In this document: positions 27,131 to 34,544 of the stretch, in pieces
How positions within the stretch are numbered: the first letter of the stretch is position 1
Layout: each line of letters starts with the position of its first letter
Assembly (NCBI GenBank): GCA_043803815.1
Contig: JAZDJR010000008.1
Coordinates: 1 to 38,236, forward strand
Direction of reading: 5' to 3'
From: Candidatus Micrarchaeota archaeon
GTDB taxonomy: Archaea > Iainarchaeota > Iainarchaeia > Iainarchaeales > JAGVWC01
DNA: 38,236 bases
Translations under genes and position numbers: made by a program
Notes under the pieces: model-generated
Seen by the model: the letters and a program-made list of their open reading frames with translations, nothing else
Database searches by the model: none
What the model was told of the DNA's origin: nothing

Positions 27131-27757
27131 TTGCATGAACTCGGTCGGAAGCTTTGTTGGTTCGATGCGAGGGTTTTTGCTGAACTTTTTTTGCCCAATT
27201 TTTCCAAACTTGATTTTATTAATGTGATTGTTTACGGTTGTTGGGCGTTCTTGTGGCAACCAGAACCGTTTCTGAAATTTGTCGGGAAAGACATCGCATA
27301 TCCCGTTTTTGTAATCTTGTTCGTCTTTTTTGCCCACCTGTTTGTTTTTCGCGGTTCTAAAAACGGCGGGCTATTTTTGTACACGGGTTCTGCGGTCTTG
27401 TTGGCTTCAGCAGTTATTGCAGAATTCTTGTACGGTTTCTTTTCATTTAGCATGAACAACTTATGGGAAGCATTTGTAGCGCTTTTTTCGGTTTTTTATT
27501 TGCTAAAGGCTTTTGTCTTGTTGGTTCTTATCCGGGGAGCGGATCTTTTCGGGCTTGAAAAGGAGTTCGAAAAGCGCACATCGGGCGAATCCTATTCGAG
27601 TGTTGGATTTTTTTTGGGCGCAGTTATTACAACTATTTTGTTTTTGGTGTTAAATCTTGGGCGCTTGATTCCGAACCCGATTATCGGTGTGCCGTTTGTT
27701 TTCATGGTGGACGGATTTGCAGAGCAAATCGAAAAACTAGTTTGGATTAGGAACTGA
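27131..27757 (+). CDS. Hypothetical multi-pass membrane protein
   Basis: About six hydrophobic segments; no motif recognised; start uncertain. Confidence 0.55.
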   Translation: MHELGRKLCWFDARVFAELFLPNFSKLDFINVIVYGCWAFLWQPEPFLKFVGKDIAYPVFVILFVFFAHLFVFRGSKNGGLFLYTGSAVLLASAVIAEFLYGFFSFSMNNLWEAFVALFSVFYLLKAFVLLVLIRGADLFGLEKEFEKRTSGESYSSVGFFLGAVITTILFLVLNLGRLIPNPIIGVPFVFMVDGFAEQIEKLVWIRN

Positions 27758-27762
27758 TTGCC

Positions 27763-27837
27763 ATGCTGGATTTTTTTTCTTCGATTGAATCCTTGCTCTT
27801 GGCTTTTGGCTATTGCTGTTTGAATTATTTACTTTGA
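27763..27837 (+). pseudogene. Possible 5' remnant of a DedA/VTT-like paralog
   Basis: Reads MLDFFSSIESLLLAFGY..., resembling MLDLNAIITGLLQSFGY, the N-terminus of the adjacent convergent DedA. Confidence 0.3.
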
Positions 27838-28442
27838 TAGGGCGTTTTTTCCCGGCTTTTCATGTATTCCAGTCCGATTGGAATAAAGGATAAAACAATG
27901 ATTGCCAAAATCAGGAGGGTCAGATAGTCTCCCGCGTTTGGAATTATTTTTCCAAGCCCGAATCCGAGGCCGACAAACAAAACCGTCCACAGGATTCCGC
28001 CGGCGATATTATAAGTGATAAATGTTTTGTATTCCATTTCCCCGATTCCGGCAACAATCGGGGCAAAGGTGCGCACCGCGGGAACAAAACGCGCCAGCAC
28101 GATGGTTTTTTTGCCGTGTTTTTGGTAAAACTCTTCGGCTTGAACAATATGCTTGGGGTCGCGAAACAAGGAGCCGGGTTTGTTGAAAAATCCGCGGCCG
28201 TATTTTCTTCCCATCCAATATCCGGCCTGGTCGCCTAAAATCGCGGATAATGCAACTCCGATTAAAACAATGGCTAAATTAAAAATTCCCTGCGAAGCTA
28301 GTAGACCCGCCGTGAACAGCAATGAATCGCCGGGCAAAAAAAAACCGAAGAATAATCCGCTTTCGGCAAAAACAATCGCAAACAAGGCGGAGTAGCCGAA
28401 CGATTGCAATAATCCCGTGATAATGGCGTTCAAATCAAGCAT
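27825..28442 (-). CDS. dedA: DedA/VTT-domain membrane protein
   Basis: FAESGLFFGFFLPGDSLLF.AG, GDQ.GY..GR, ARFVP.VRTFAP.VAG. Confidence 0.93.
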   Translation of the reverse strand: MLDLNAIITGLLQSFGYSALFAIVFAESGLFFGFFLPGDSLLFTAGLLASQGIFNLAIVLIGVALSAILGDQAGYWMGRKYGRGFFNKPGSLFRDPKHIVQAEEFYQKHGKKTIVLARFVPAVRTFAPIVAGIGEMEYKTFITYNIAGGILWTVLFVGLGFGLGKIIPNAGDYLTLLILAIIVLSFIPIGLEYMKSREKTPYQSK

Positions 28443-28554
28443 GAAAATCGTTAGTATGAAGAAAGAGTCTGCTGGCATTTAAACTTGTTTTGGTTCCGGT
28501 TTTCTTGGCCGAAATCATTAAATTTTCTCTGGCAATGAATACTATTGATTTAAA

Positions 28555-28686
28555 ATGGCTGAAAGACCGCGACCCCCAAAACCCGCGCGAAGGCCGGAAC
28601 TGCGCAGGAAAATTGCTTTGGTAAGGAATCGTCGCGCACGCCAGACTTTGGCCAAATTTTTAAAGAAATTTCCACCTGCTACGAGT
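28555..28686 (+). pseudogene. 5' part of an Arg/Pro-rich ORFan interrupted by the IS5 element
   Basis: MAERPRPPKPARRPELRRKIALVRNRRARQTLAKFLKKFPPATS runs into the IS left end. Confidence 0.5.
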
Positions 28687-29600
28687 GGCTTCATTGAAAA
28701 TGTCGGTTTTTTAAGGTAAAACATTGTTTTTGCTGGTTATTGGGCAAAAGTAAGAGGTGGGGAACACATTGGAGGTGTTCCCCGTGAAAGAAAGTCGTAT
28801 CATAAAAAAAATCAAACGCCTGCTCCGGCAGGCGAGTGTGCCGGAGTACCTGCATCGTTTTGGTCCCAAAACGTACGCGTTTTGGAAGCACGTTTTCTGC
28901 CTGCTCATCAAGCAGGCATGTAAAATGTCGTACGAACGGGTCTCCGAGTTCTTGCGTGACCTTGGCTTTGCCGCGCCAACGGCATCCGCGTTATGCAAAT
29001 GCCTCAAACGCTTAACCGTCAAACAACTCGAATTGTTGTTGCAGGCCACCAACCAGTTCAAAAAAACGCTTGTCGCTGCAACGGACGGTTTGTATTTTTC
29101 CCAAGTTAACCCATCATTTGCTTACTTAAAACGCGTTAAACGCGGTTTGCCGCGCAAAACAACGCAATCCGTCGGAGTATATGACACGCGCAGAAAAAAA
29201 TGGCTGGGAGTACAAACCAGACGAAAACAAATCGGCGAGTACAAACTCGCCACGCGAGCCATGCAAAAACTCGTGACCATCGTCAGCACGCTGGTGGGTG
29301 ACAAAGGTTTTGACATCAACAAATTCCACGAGTTTCTCAAACGTCAAGGCATCAAAGCCATCATTCCCGTGAAAAAAAACACGCACCGCGGATTCTACCG
29401 AAACCGTGCACGAAAGTTCTGGCGAACCCGCACCTACCACCGCCGCTCTCTTATCGAGTCGGCCATCAGCCGACTCAAACGCTTGTTCGGCGGGTTCCTC
29501 TACTCCCGCCAAACCCGCCAACAACGAAAAGAAGTCCTGCTACGCATGATAGCCGACAACCTCAACATCGGAGGCACAAAATGAGACTTTCAACGGAGCC
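28687..29600 (+). mobile_element. IS5-family insertion sequence (~914 bp)
   Basis: Imperfect terminal inverted repeats GGCTTCATTGAAA (28687) and TTTCAACGGAGCC (ending 29600) flanking a DDE transposase; no clear target-site duplication. Confidence 0.82.
28784..29584 (+). CDS. IS5-family DDE transposase
   Basis: ATDG, GDKGFD, YHRRSLIESAISRLK (YREK-like); GGAGGTG SD before GTG 28784. Confidence 0.9.
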   Translation: MKESRIIKKIKRLLRQASVPEYLHRFGPKTYAFWKHVFCLLIKQACKMSYERVSEFLRDLGFAAPTASALCKCLKRLTVKQLELLLQATNQFKKTLVAATDGLYFSQVNPSFAYLKRVKRGLPRKTTQSVGVYDTRRKKWLGVQTRRKQIGEYKLATRAMQKLVTIVSTLVGDKGFDINKFHEFLKRQGIKAIIPVKKNTHRGFYRNRARKFWRTRTYHRRSLIESAISRLKRLFGGFLYSRQTRQQRKEVLLRMIADNLNIGGTK

Positions 29601-29653
29601 TGGGTGCCCGAAAGCCTTAAATAGTACTTTTTGGTTTTATTACTCTGGTTTTG

Positions 29654-30034
29654 ATGGAATCAAAAACAACTATTTATGCGGTAATCATTGTTGTACTTGC
29701 ATTAGTCGTGGTTGCATTGTTTGGAAATTCGGGGTTCCCTGTTGTTGGAAGCGCTACTAATCGAATACAGCAATCCGTAACACCTGCAAGTGTTACTGAT
29801 GCTGAAGTTAAAGACTGTCTTGCCGAGGCGATAACCTGTTTAGAGCAAGCACAGGATTACTGCACTGGACATTATGAAAATACTGTGTGTAATTGTGCCG
29901 CTGCTTTGCGCGAAGACCCGTATTGCAGGATGTCCCACCAGTTTGATTATCAGGATAGGGGATTTTTTTGTCATAAGTGCCTGTCTTGTACAGACGCTTT
30001 TATGGCTTGTGCTGGATTGAACACGTCGAAATGA
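29654..30034 (+). CDS. Membrane-anchored/secreted Cys-rich small protein
   Basis: N-terminal hydrophobic helix, 10 Cys in the last ~72 aa; TATA-like CCTTAAATA upstream. Confidence 0.7.
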   Translation: MESKTTIYAVIIVVLALVVVALFGNSGFPVVGSATNRIQQSVTPASVTDAEVKDCLAEAITCLEQAQDYCTGHYENTVCNCAAALREDPYCRMSHQFDYQDRGFFCHKCLSCTDAFMACAGLNTSK

Positions 30035-30124
30035 GAACCCGTTTATTGAATCCAAAAGATTATTCTTAGCGCTTTTTTTGATTTGGCTGGGAATCTTAAG
30101 CCGGCCAGTCCGAATTCATTCTTT

Positions 30125-30697
30125 TTACTCTGTTTTCTTTTGGATAGAAACAATTTTTATCCAAAACGTCAAAGCTTGGCCTGCGAGTTTGGAGTTTAAT
30201 GTTACTGTTGCACTATCGGCGTTTTTGCTTATGACTGCCATTATGCGTCCATCAGCCAAGGAATATTCTTTTCCAACTTCCAATTGGTCAAATGAACTTC
30301 CAAATTGCGCTTTGGGAACGGTTTGCGGTGTCGTATTTTTTTCGCCGTATGCGTCCGCGGGTGAAAGCGTTACGGTTTTTTCCTCGTTGAGCTTCATCCC
30401 GACTACAGCGGCGTCGAATCCTTTAATCATTTGTCCCGCGCCGACCGTGAATTCAAGCGGCGTGCGTCCGGGTTTTAGGCTGGAATCGAATTCGGTTCCG
30501 TCGGCAAGGGTTCCTTTGTAATTGACTTGTATCGTGTCCCCGTTTTGAGCTGTGTCGGCCATAGTGTTTCCTCCGCTGGGCTGTTGGTTGTTGTCGTTGT
30601 TTGGGTTTGGATTCGGGTTGGCGGGCGGGCTTTGGGTGCAGCCGGCAACCAGTAATGCGAGTAGAATAATTCCGATAGCCAATTTTTGCAGGGTCAT
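30125..30697 (-). CDS. FKBP-type peptidyl-prolyl isomerase (SlyD-like insert) with lipoprotein-type signal
   Basis: LLVAGC lipobox-like, V.Y.GTL.DG.EFDSS, PL.F.VG.GQMIKGFD, AYGE, LAG..L.F. Confidence 0.9.
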   Translation of the reverse strand: MTLQKLAIGIILLALLVAGCTQSPPANPNPNPNNDNNQQPSGGNTMADTAQNGDTIQVNYKGTLADGTEFDSSLKPGRTPLEFTVGAGQMIKGFDAAVVGMKLNEEKTVTLSPADAYGEKNTTPQTVPKAQFGSSFDQLEVGKEYSLADGRIMAVISKNADSATVTLNSKLAGQALTFWIKIVSIQKKTE

Positions 30698-30808
30698 TGT
30701 TACTATTTTTACCCCATCTTTTTTTAAATTAGAGTAAATGAAACGGTTTTTTCAAAAATTTCGCGTTTTTTTGTCAAGGGTAAAAACGAATTTTGATTTT
30801 GTGTTTTT

Positions 30809-30973
30809 TTAGACTGATGCACGGACGATTTGGACAATGCACCCGTTTTTTGCGGGTTTTTTGATTTTGGGGGCAATTAAGGCCGGCCCCCGCGACCTTG
30901 GTTGGCGGCTTGAATTAAGAAAGGCGGCTATTAGCCAGCCGTCCCGCTCTTTTCTTCCACCCCTCTTTTTCAT
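30809..30973 (-). CDS. Putative 54-aa basic small protein (MKKRGGRKERDGWLIAAFLNSS...IVRASV), or an sRNA
   Basis: TTTAAAAA TATA box (31023-31030), SD GGGGGTGA four nt before ATG, open to TAA at 30809. Confidence 0.45.
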   Translation of the reverse strand: MKKRGGRKERDGWLIAAFLNSSRQPRSRGPALIAPKIKKPAKNGCIVQIVRASV

Positions 30974-30998
30974 ATTCTCACCCCCTCATTTATTTTAT

Positions 30999-31030
30999 TT
31001 CATATGAAACACATATCATATGTTTTTAAA
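30999..31030 (-). promoter_or_regulatory. TATA box followed by a second copy of the suf-ArsR operator
   Basis: Minus strand TTTAAAAAC-ATATGA-tatgtgt-TTCATATGAA versus ATATGA-agtttta-TTCATATGAA at 15623-15645. Confidence 0.65.
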
Positions 31031-31101
31031 CGTATGGATGCAATCGCCGAAAGCCGCCAAAAGTGATAGAACTGCTAACTGTGAAATGACAAGAAAAAGA
31101 T

Positions 31102-31297
31102 AAGCGCAGAGAAGGGGATTTAGGAACCGGCCTTTTTTTGCGAAAACCCGATTCAAGCGCGCTTGAATGGGCCCTTTTTCGCTTTCGCAAAAAACGGGAA
31201 GCCCAGGGAAAAATGAAGGTCTCTTGTCCCATTGTTAAATGGGACAAAGTCCGCGGAGTGCCCGTACGCAATCGGGCAAGCGCAGAGAAGGGGATTT
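31102..31297 (-). repeat. 20-bp direct repeat of the tRNA-Ser 3' end (att-like) enclosing a 156-bp hairpin-rich segment
   Basis: AAGCGCAGAGAAGGGGATTT at both 31102-31121 and 31278-31297. Confidence 0.8.
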
Positions 31298-31471
31298 GAA
31301 CCCCTACGGGCTTTCGCCCACCGGTTCGCCTTCAGCTTTTTCTTTTTGGCAAAAGAAAAACCTGGGAAAAAGAAAATTCGCGCTTTTGCGCGAAGCCAGT
31401 TGCCCCTGTTTTTTTTGCTTTTGAAAAGGCTATTCAAGACCGGCGCATTAACCAGGTTCTGCCATCTCTGC
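31281..31471 (-). tRNA. tRNA-Ser(UGA) with 106-nt intron at 37/38 (31327-31432)
   Basis: GCAGAGA/TCTCTGC acceptor stem, G73, CCGGT-CT-TGA-A|intron|A-ACCGG, long variable arm GGGC-GAAA-GCCC, AGGGG-TTCAAAT-CCCCT. Confidence 0.9.
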
Positions 31472-31496
31472 ATGTATTTTTGGGCGGAGAAGGTTA

Positions 31497-32258
31497 TTAT
31501 TCGTTTATTGTCAGGCGGATTGGGCAGTGGTCAGAACCGCGAATTTGGGGCAAAATTTCGCTTTTTTCCAGGCGATTTTTGAGTAACTGGCTGATTAAAA
31601 AGTAGTCGATTCGCCAGCCGATGTTTCGTTTTCGCGCGTTGGCGCGGAATGTCCACCAGGTGTAATGGCCGTTTTCTTTGGTGAATTCGCGGAAGGTGTC
31701 GATGAATCCTTTTTTGAGGAAAGAACCGAACCAGTTTCGTTCTTCTTTTGTGTACCCCGCGTTTTTTTCGTTTTGTTTCGGGTTGGCAAGGTCGATGGGT
31801 TCGTGAGCCACGTTAAAGTCGCCGGCAAGGATAACCGGTTTTTGTTTTTCAAGTTTTGCGCAGAATTCCTCAAAGGCTTTGTTAAATTCGAGCTTGAATG
31901 GTAAGCGGGAGAGTTCGCGGTTGGAGTGCGGAAAGTAGGCGTTTACGAGGAAAAACGTTTTGAATTCGAAGGTGAGTACGCGGCCTTCGCTGTCGAATTC
32001 TTTTTTCCCGATTCCGTGAAAAATATTCAGCGGTTTTGTTTTGGCGTAAGTGACGACTCCGCTTCGTCCTTTTTTTTCGGAAAAAAGGAACTGGGCATCG
32101 TAGCCCAAAACGTGCTGTACGGTTTTGTCGAGTTTAAGTGGCGATACCTTGACTTCCTGAAAGCAGTAGGCGTCCGCGTTTTCGGTTTGCATGAAGGAAA
32201 CGAGCCCTTTTTTGGCGCAGGCGTTGATGCCGTTGACGTTCCACGAAACGATGTTCAT
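31497..32258 (-). CDS. xth: Exodeoxyribonuclease III / AP endonuclease
   Basis: SWNVNG, FQE.K, EGR, GDFNVAH, YTWW, GWRIDY, SDHCP. Confidence 0.96.
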   Translation of the reverse strand: MNIVSWNVNGINACAKKGLVSFMQTENADAYCFQEVKVSPLKLDKTVQHVLGYDAQFLFSEKKGRSGVVTYAKTKPLNIFHGIGKKEFDSEGRVLTFEFKTFFLVNAYFPHSNRELSRLPFKLEFNKAFEEFCAKLEKQKPVILAGDFNVAHEPIDLANPKQNEKNAGYTKEERNWFGSFLKKGFIDTFREFTKENGHYTWWTFRANARKRNIGWRIDYFLISQLLKNRLEKSEILPQIRGSDHCPIRLTINE

Positions 32259-32509
32259 TTTTTCACTTTTTGGATGAGTGCTGTTTTTTGTTTTCGCGAA
32301 TAGGTTTTGATTCGGCGTTCGGCCTGCATGGCTTTTTTTTGGGTTGAAAATGCCTTGAAATAAACGAGTTTGGCGGGGCGGTGGCTTTTGGTGTAGTGTC
32401 CTCCGGTACCGGTGTTATGCATGGCGACTCGTTTTGGCAGATTATTGGTGTATCCGCAGTAATAGCTTTTGTCGCGGCATTCGAGCAGGTAAACGAAGAA
32501 TTTTTTCAT
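32255..32509 (-). CDS. GIY-YIG nuclease family protein (UPF0213/YazA-like)
   Basis: FVYLLEC.D.SYYCGYT..L..R...HN.G.G..YT, E..IK. Confidence 0.92.
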   Translation of the reverse strand: MKKFFVYLLECRDKSYYCGYTNNLPKRVAMHNTGTGGHYTKSHRPAKLVYFKAFSTQKKAMQAERRIKTYSRKQKTALIQKVKK

Positions 32510-32519
32510 GGTTTTTCCT

Positions 32520-33149
32520 TTATTGGTCGTAGGGAAAATAAAAAATCCATTTTCCGTGGATTGGATTGCTTGGATTGGTATTGGAAATCATCATGTGCCT
32601 GCCCTGCAATTTTTTCTTGGCGTGCCCTTGTTGGTAAAGCGTTTCAAAATTGCCGGTGGCCTGTTCAAGCGCTTCTTCGAAAGATTTTTTTTCTTGCGGC
32701 GGCGCTTTTTCCATTTCTGAAATTTTTTTGGCGTGGACAAATTGCATGATTAAAAAATTTTCGATTTTGCCAAGGATGTGCGGAGAGCGTATCTGGTATT
32801 TTGTCGCTTTGATGGTCTTGTTTCGGACGGCTAGTTGGTGCGCCAGAATTGTTTGCCGGATTTTTTTATACTCAAGTCCGTGTTGGGCTTCTCCGCGGGT
32901 ATCTTTTATGGCCACGGGAATGCCTTCAAATTCGAACTTTCGGACATTGGTGGCTCCGCCCAGCCATTCCAACCGGCTCAAAAACGCCGCGGCGATTTCT
33001 CTTTCGGGAATGTTGGTTCCCGCTTTGCATCCAAGCGCGTTTCTCAAATGGCTGAGCAATCGCTGTTCGTGCGTTAATTGTGGAATAGTGGCAATGCGCG
33101 GTCTTAGCCTGGTTTGTACAGCTGGTCTTTTTCGGAGCATATTTATCAT
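32520..33149 (-). CDS. ORFan with weak protein-kinase-like motifs and basic N-terminus
   Basis: LGGATNV, VAIK, P.ILG....LIMQFV, LQGRHMMI; no HxD or DFG seen. Confidence 0.55.
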   Translation of the reverse strand: MINMLRKRPAVQTRLRPRIATIPQLTHEQRLLSHLRNALGCKAGTNIPEREIAAAFLSRLEWLGGATNVRKFEFEGIPVAIKDTRGEAQHGLEYKKIRQTILAHQLAVRNKTIKATKYQIRSPHILGKIENFLIMQFVHAKKISEMEKAPPQEKKSFEEALEQATGNFETLYQQGHAKKKLQGRHMMISNTNPSNPIHGKWIFYFPYDQ

Positions 33150-33157
33150 TTTTTTTG

Positions 33158-33267
33158 CGGACCCGGAGGGACTCGAACCCCCAGTCTTCGCCTCGCTTCA
33201 ACTTTTTCAACGATGTGTCGAAAAGGTTTTAGGACGGCGATGCCTTCTCCAATTAGGCTACGGGTCC
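33158..33267 (-). tRNA. tRNA-Arg(CCU) with 36-nt intron at 37/38 (33194-33229); unusual G32
   Basis: GGACCCG/CGGGTCC acceptor stem, G73, D arm GCCT/AGGC with A20, TCGCC-GT-CCT-A|intron|A-GGCGA, GGGGG-TTCGAGT-CCCTC. Confidence 0.85.
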
Positions 33268-33310
33268 TTATCAAAATTAGGCTTGACGTATTTTTATTCG
33301 GTATTGGGTC

Positions 33311-33877
33311 TTAGAGCAGTACGCTGGCTACAAGCCCCGCGATTATCGGAATCCCGAGGTTGTCATCCAGGGGCAAGTATTCGGCGAGCATTCCAACTGT
33401 TGCGATGGCAAATGCAATGGCAAACGGATAAATGGCGGGAAACAGGGATAGCATTCCCATGGAAAAAACGATTCCGGCAAGTGTTCCTTCCAGGGTTCGG
33501 TTGGTGATGAGTTTGAACGAGCCGAAGTATTTTCCAACTAATGTGGCTACGCTGTCGCCGTAGGTCAGAACAATGATTCCGGCCAAGGTGGCCCAGGGAT
33601 TGGTAAAAATCGCGATGGTGAGAATGTATCCGGCTAAAAACAGCAAGGCGGCTTTTCCGGGCAGGTGCTGCTCGTGGTTTCGCTCGACGTGTTTTAGGAT
33701 TTCATCGGCAAACGGCACTTTTTTTCCTTTTTGAAGGGATAAGGCGACCGCGTATCCGAATAAAAGCAATAATAATCCGACGGCAACGGTGAATATTTTG
33801 CCCGCAGCTAAAAAAAACAGGATTCCGAAGTTTCCCATCAAAAAATGAATTCCCTGCCGCTTGATTTCTTGGTCCAT
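33311..33877 (-). CDS. Dolichol/phytol (polyprenol) kinase-family membrane protein
   Basis: RQ.IH, YGDS.A.LVGK.FG, RTLEG, AE....DDNL.IP. Confidence 0.88.
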   Translation of the reverse strand: MDQEIKRQGIHFLMGNFGILFFLAAGKIFTVAVGLLLLLFGYAVALSLQKGKKVPFADEILKHVERNHEQHLPGKAALLFLAGYILTIAIFTNPWATLAGIIVLTYGDSVATLVGKYFGSFKLITNRTLEGTLAGIVFSMGMLSLFPAIYPFAIAFAIATVGMLAEYLPLDDNLGIPIIAGLVASVLL

Positions 33878-33887
33878 GAAATTTCCT

Positions 33888-34544
33888 TTATTTTTTTTTG
33901 GCTAGAATTAATGCGTGTTTGCTTTCGAATGGTTCCAGCGAAACCGTTTGAATGATATCAAAAGCGGGTTTTAATTGTTTGGTTTGTTCGGTTACCACGG
34001 TTTCCGCGTTTTTGGCGGAATCGATGCTGGGGGCCTTGATGACCAAAAAGCCGAATCCGTTTTTTTTCAGCAATTCGCTGTTTTTGAGGAATATTTCAGC
34101 CTGGTTTTTTTGGGAAATGTCCTGAAACAGCACGTCAAAAATGGTTTTTTGGATTTCAAGAGGGTATTGGCCGGGCTGGTTGGCATCGGCCAAAACAGGA
34201 ATCATGTTTTCGCGCTGTCCGCATAGTTCCAAAAATTTGGGCATCGAGCGCGAGCTGAATTCCACGCCGACGATTACCCCTTCAATTAAAATGTCGGATA
34301 GGTGCGAAGCGGTTGTGCCTTCCGCACTGCCCAAATACAGCACACTTGAATTTTTTTCAATTGGAAATTGCTTTAGTCCTTTTTCGATTCCCGCGGCGAG
34401 CTTTGATTTGTAAGGATTCCAGTTTCGGTACTCAATTCCGTTTTGGTTCAATAGTTTTTCGCCGTATACGCGAACGCCGGGCACCTTGTTTTGTGTCCAG
34501 AGCTTGTTGTCCAGCCGGAAAACGCCGGGAAAAATTTCATTCAT
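33888..34544 (-). CDS. flpA: Fibrillarin-like rRNA/tRNA 2'-O-methyltransferase
   Basis: VYGE, YR.WNPYKSKLAA, VLYLG.A.GTT.SH.SD, NMIP.L.DA, QD.SQ.NQ. Confidence 0.95.
   Translation of the reverse strand: MNEIFPGVFRLDNKLWTQNKVPGVRVYGEKLLNQNGIEYRNWNPYKSKLAAGIEKGLKQFPIEKNSSVLYLGSAEGTTASHLSDILIEGVIVGVEFSSRSMPKFLELCGQRENMIPVLADANQPGQYPLEIQKTIFDVLFQDISQKNQAEIFLKNSELLKKNGFGFLVIKAPSIDSAKNAETVVTEQTKQLKPAFDIIQTVSLEPFESKHALILAKKK

Noticed and set aside
30740-31000. Possible SRP or RNase P RNA in the GC-rich intergenic stretch
   Set aside because: No SRP helix-8 motif or RNase P GAGGAAAGUCC-type P4 motif found on either strand
31122-31297. Reading the 156-bp element as a second, T-loop intron of tRNA-Ser
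   Set aside because: No bulge-helix-bulge could be drawn at the junctions and the first copy already completes the tRNA
31153-31582. ORFs 31153-31473, 31232-31582 and 31239-31424
   Set aside because: They overlap the intron-containing tRNA-Ser and are shadow ORFs
32650-33507. 285-aa plus-strand ORF
   Set aside because: Antisense to two CDSs and the tRNA-Arg; no recognisable motifs
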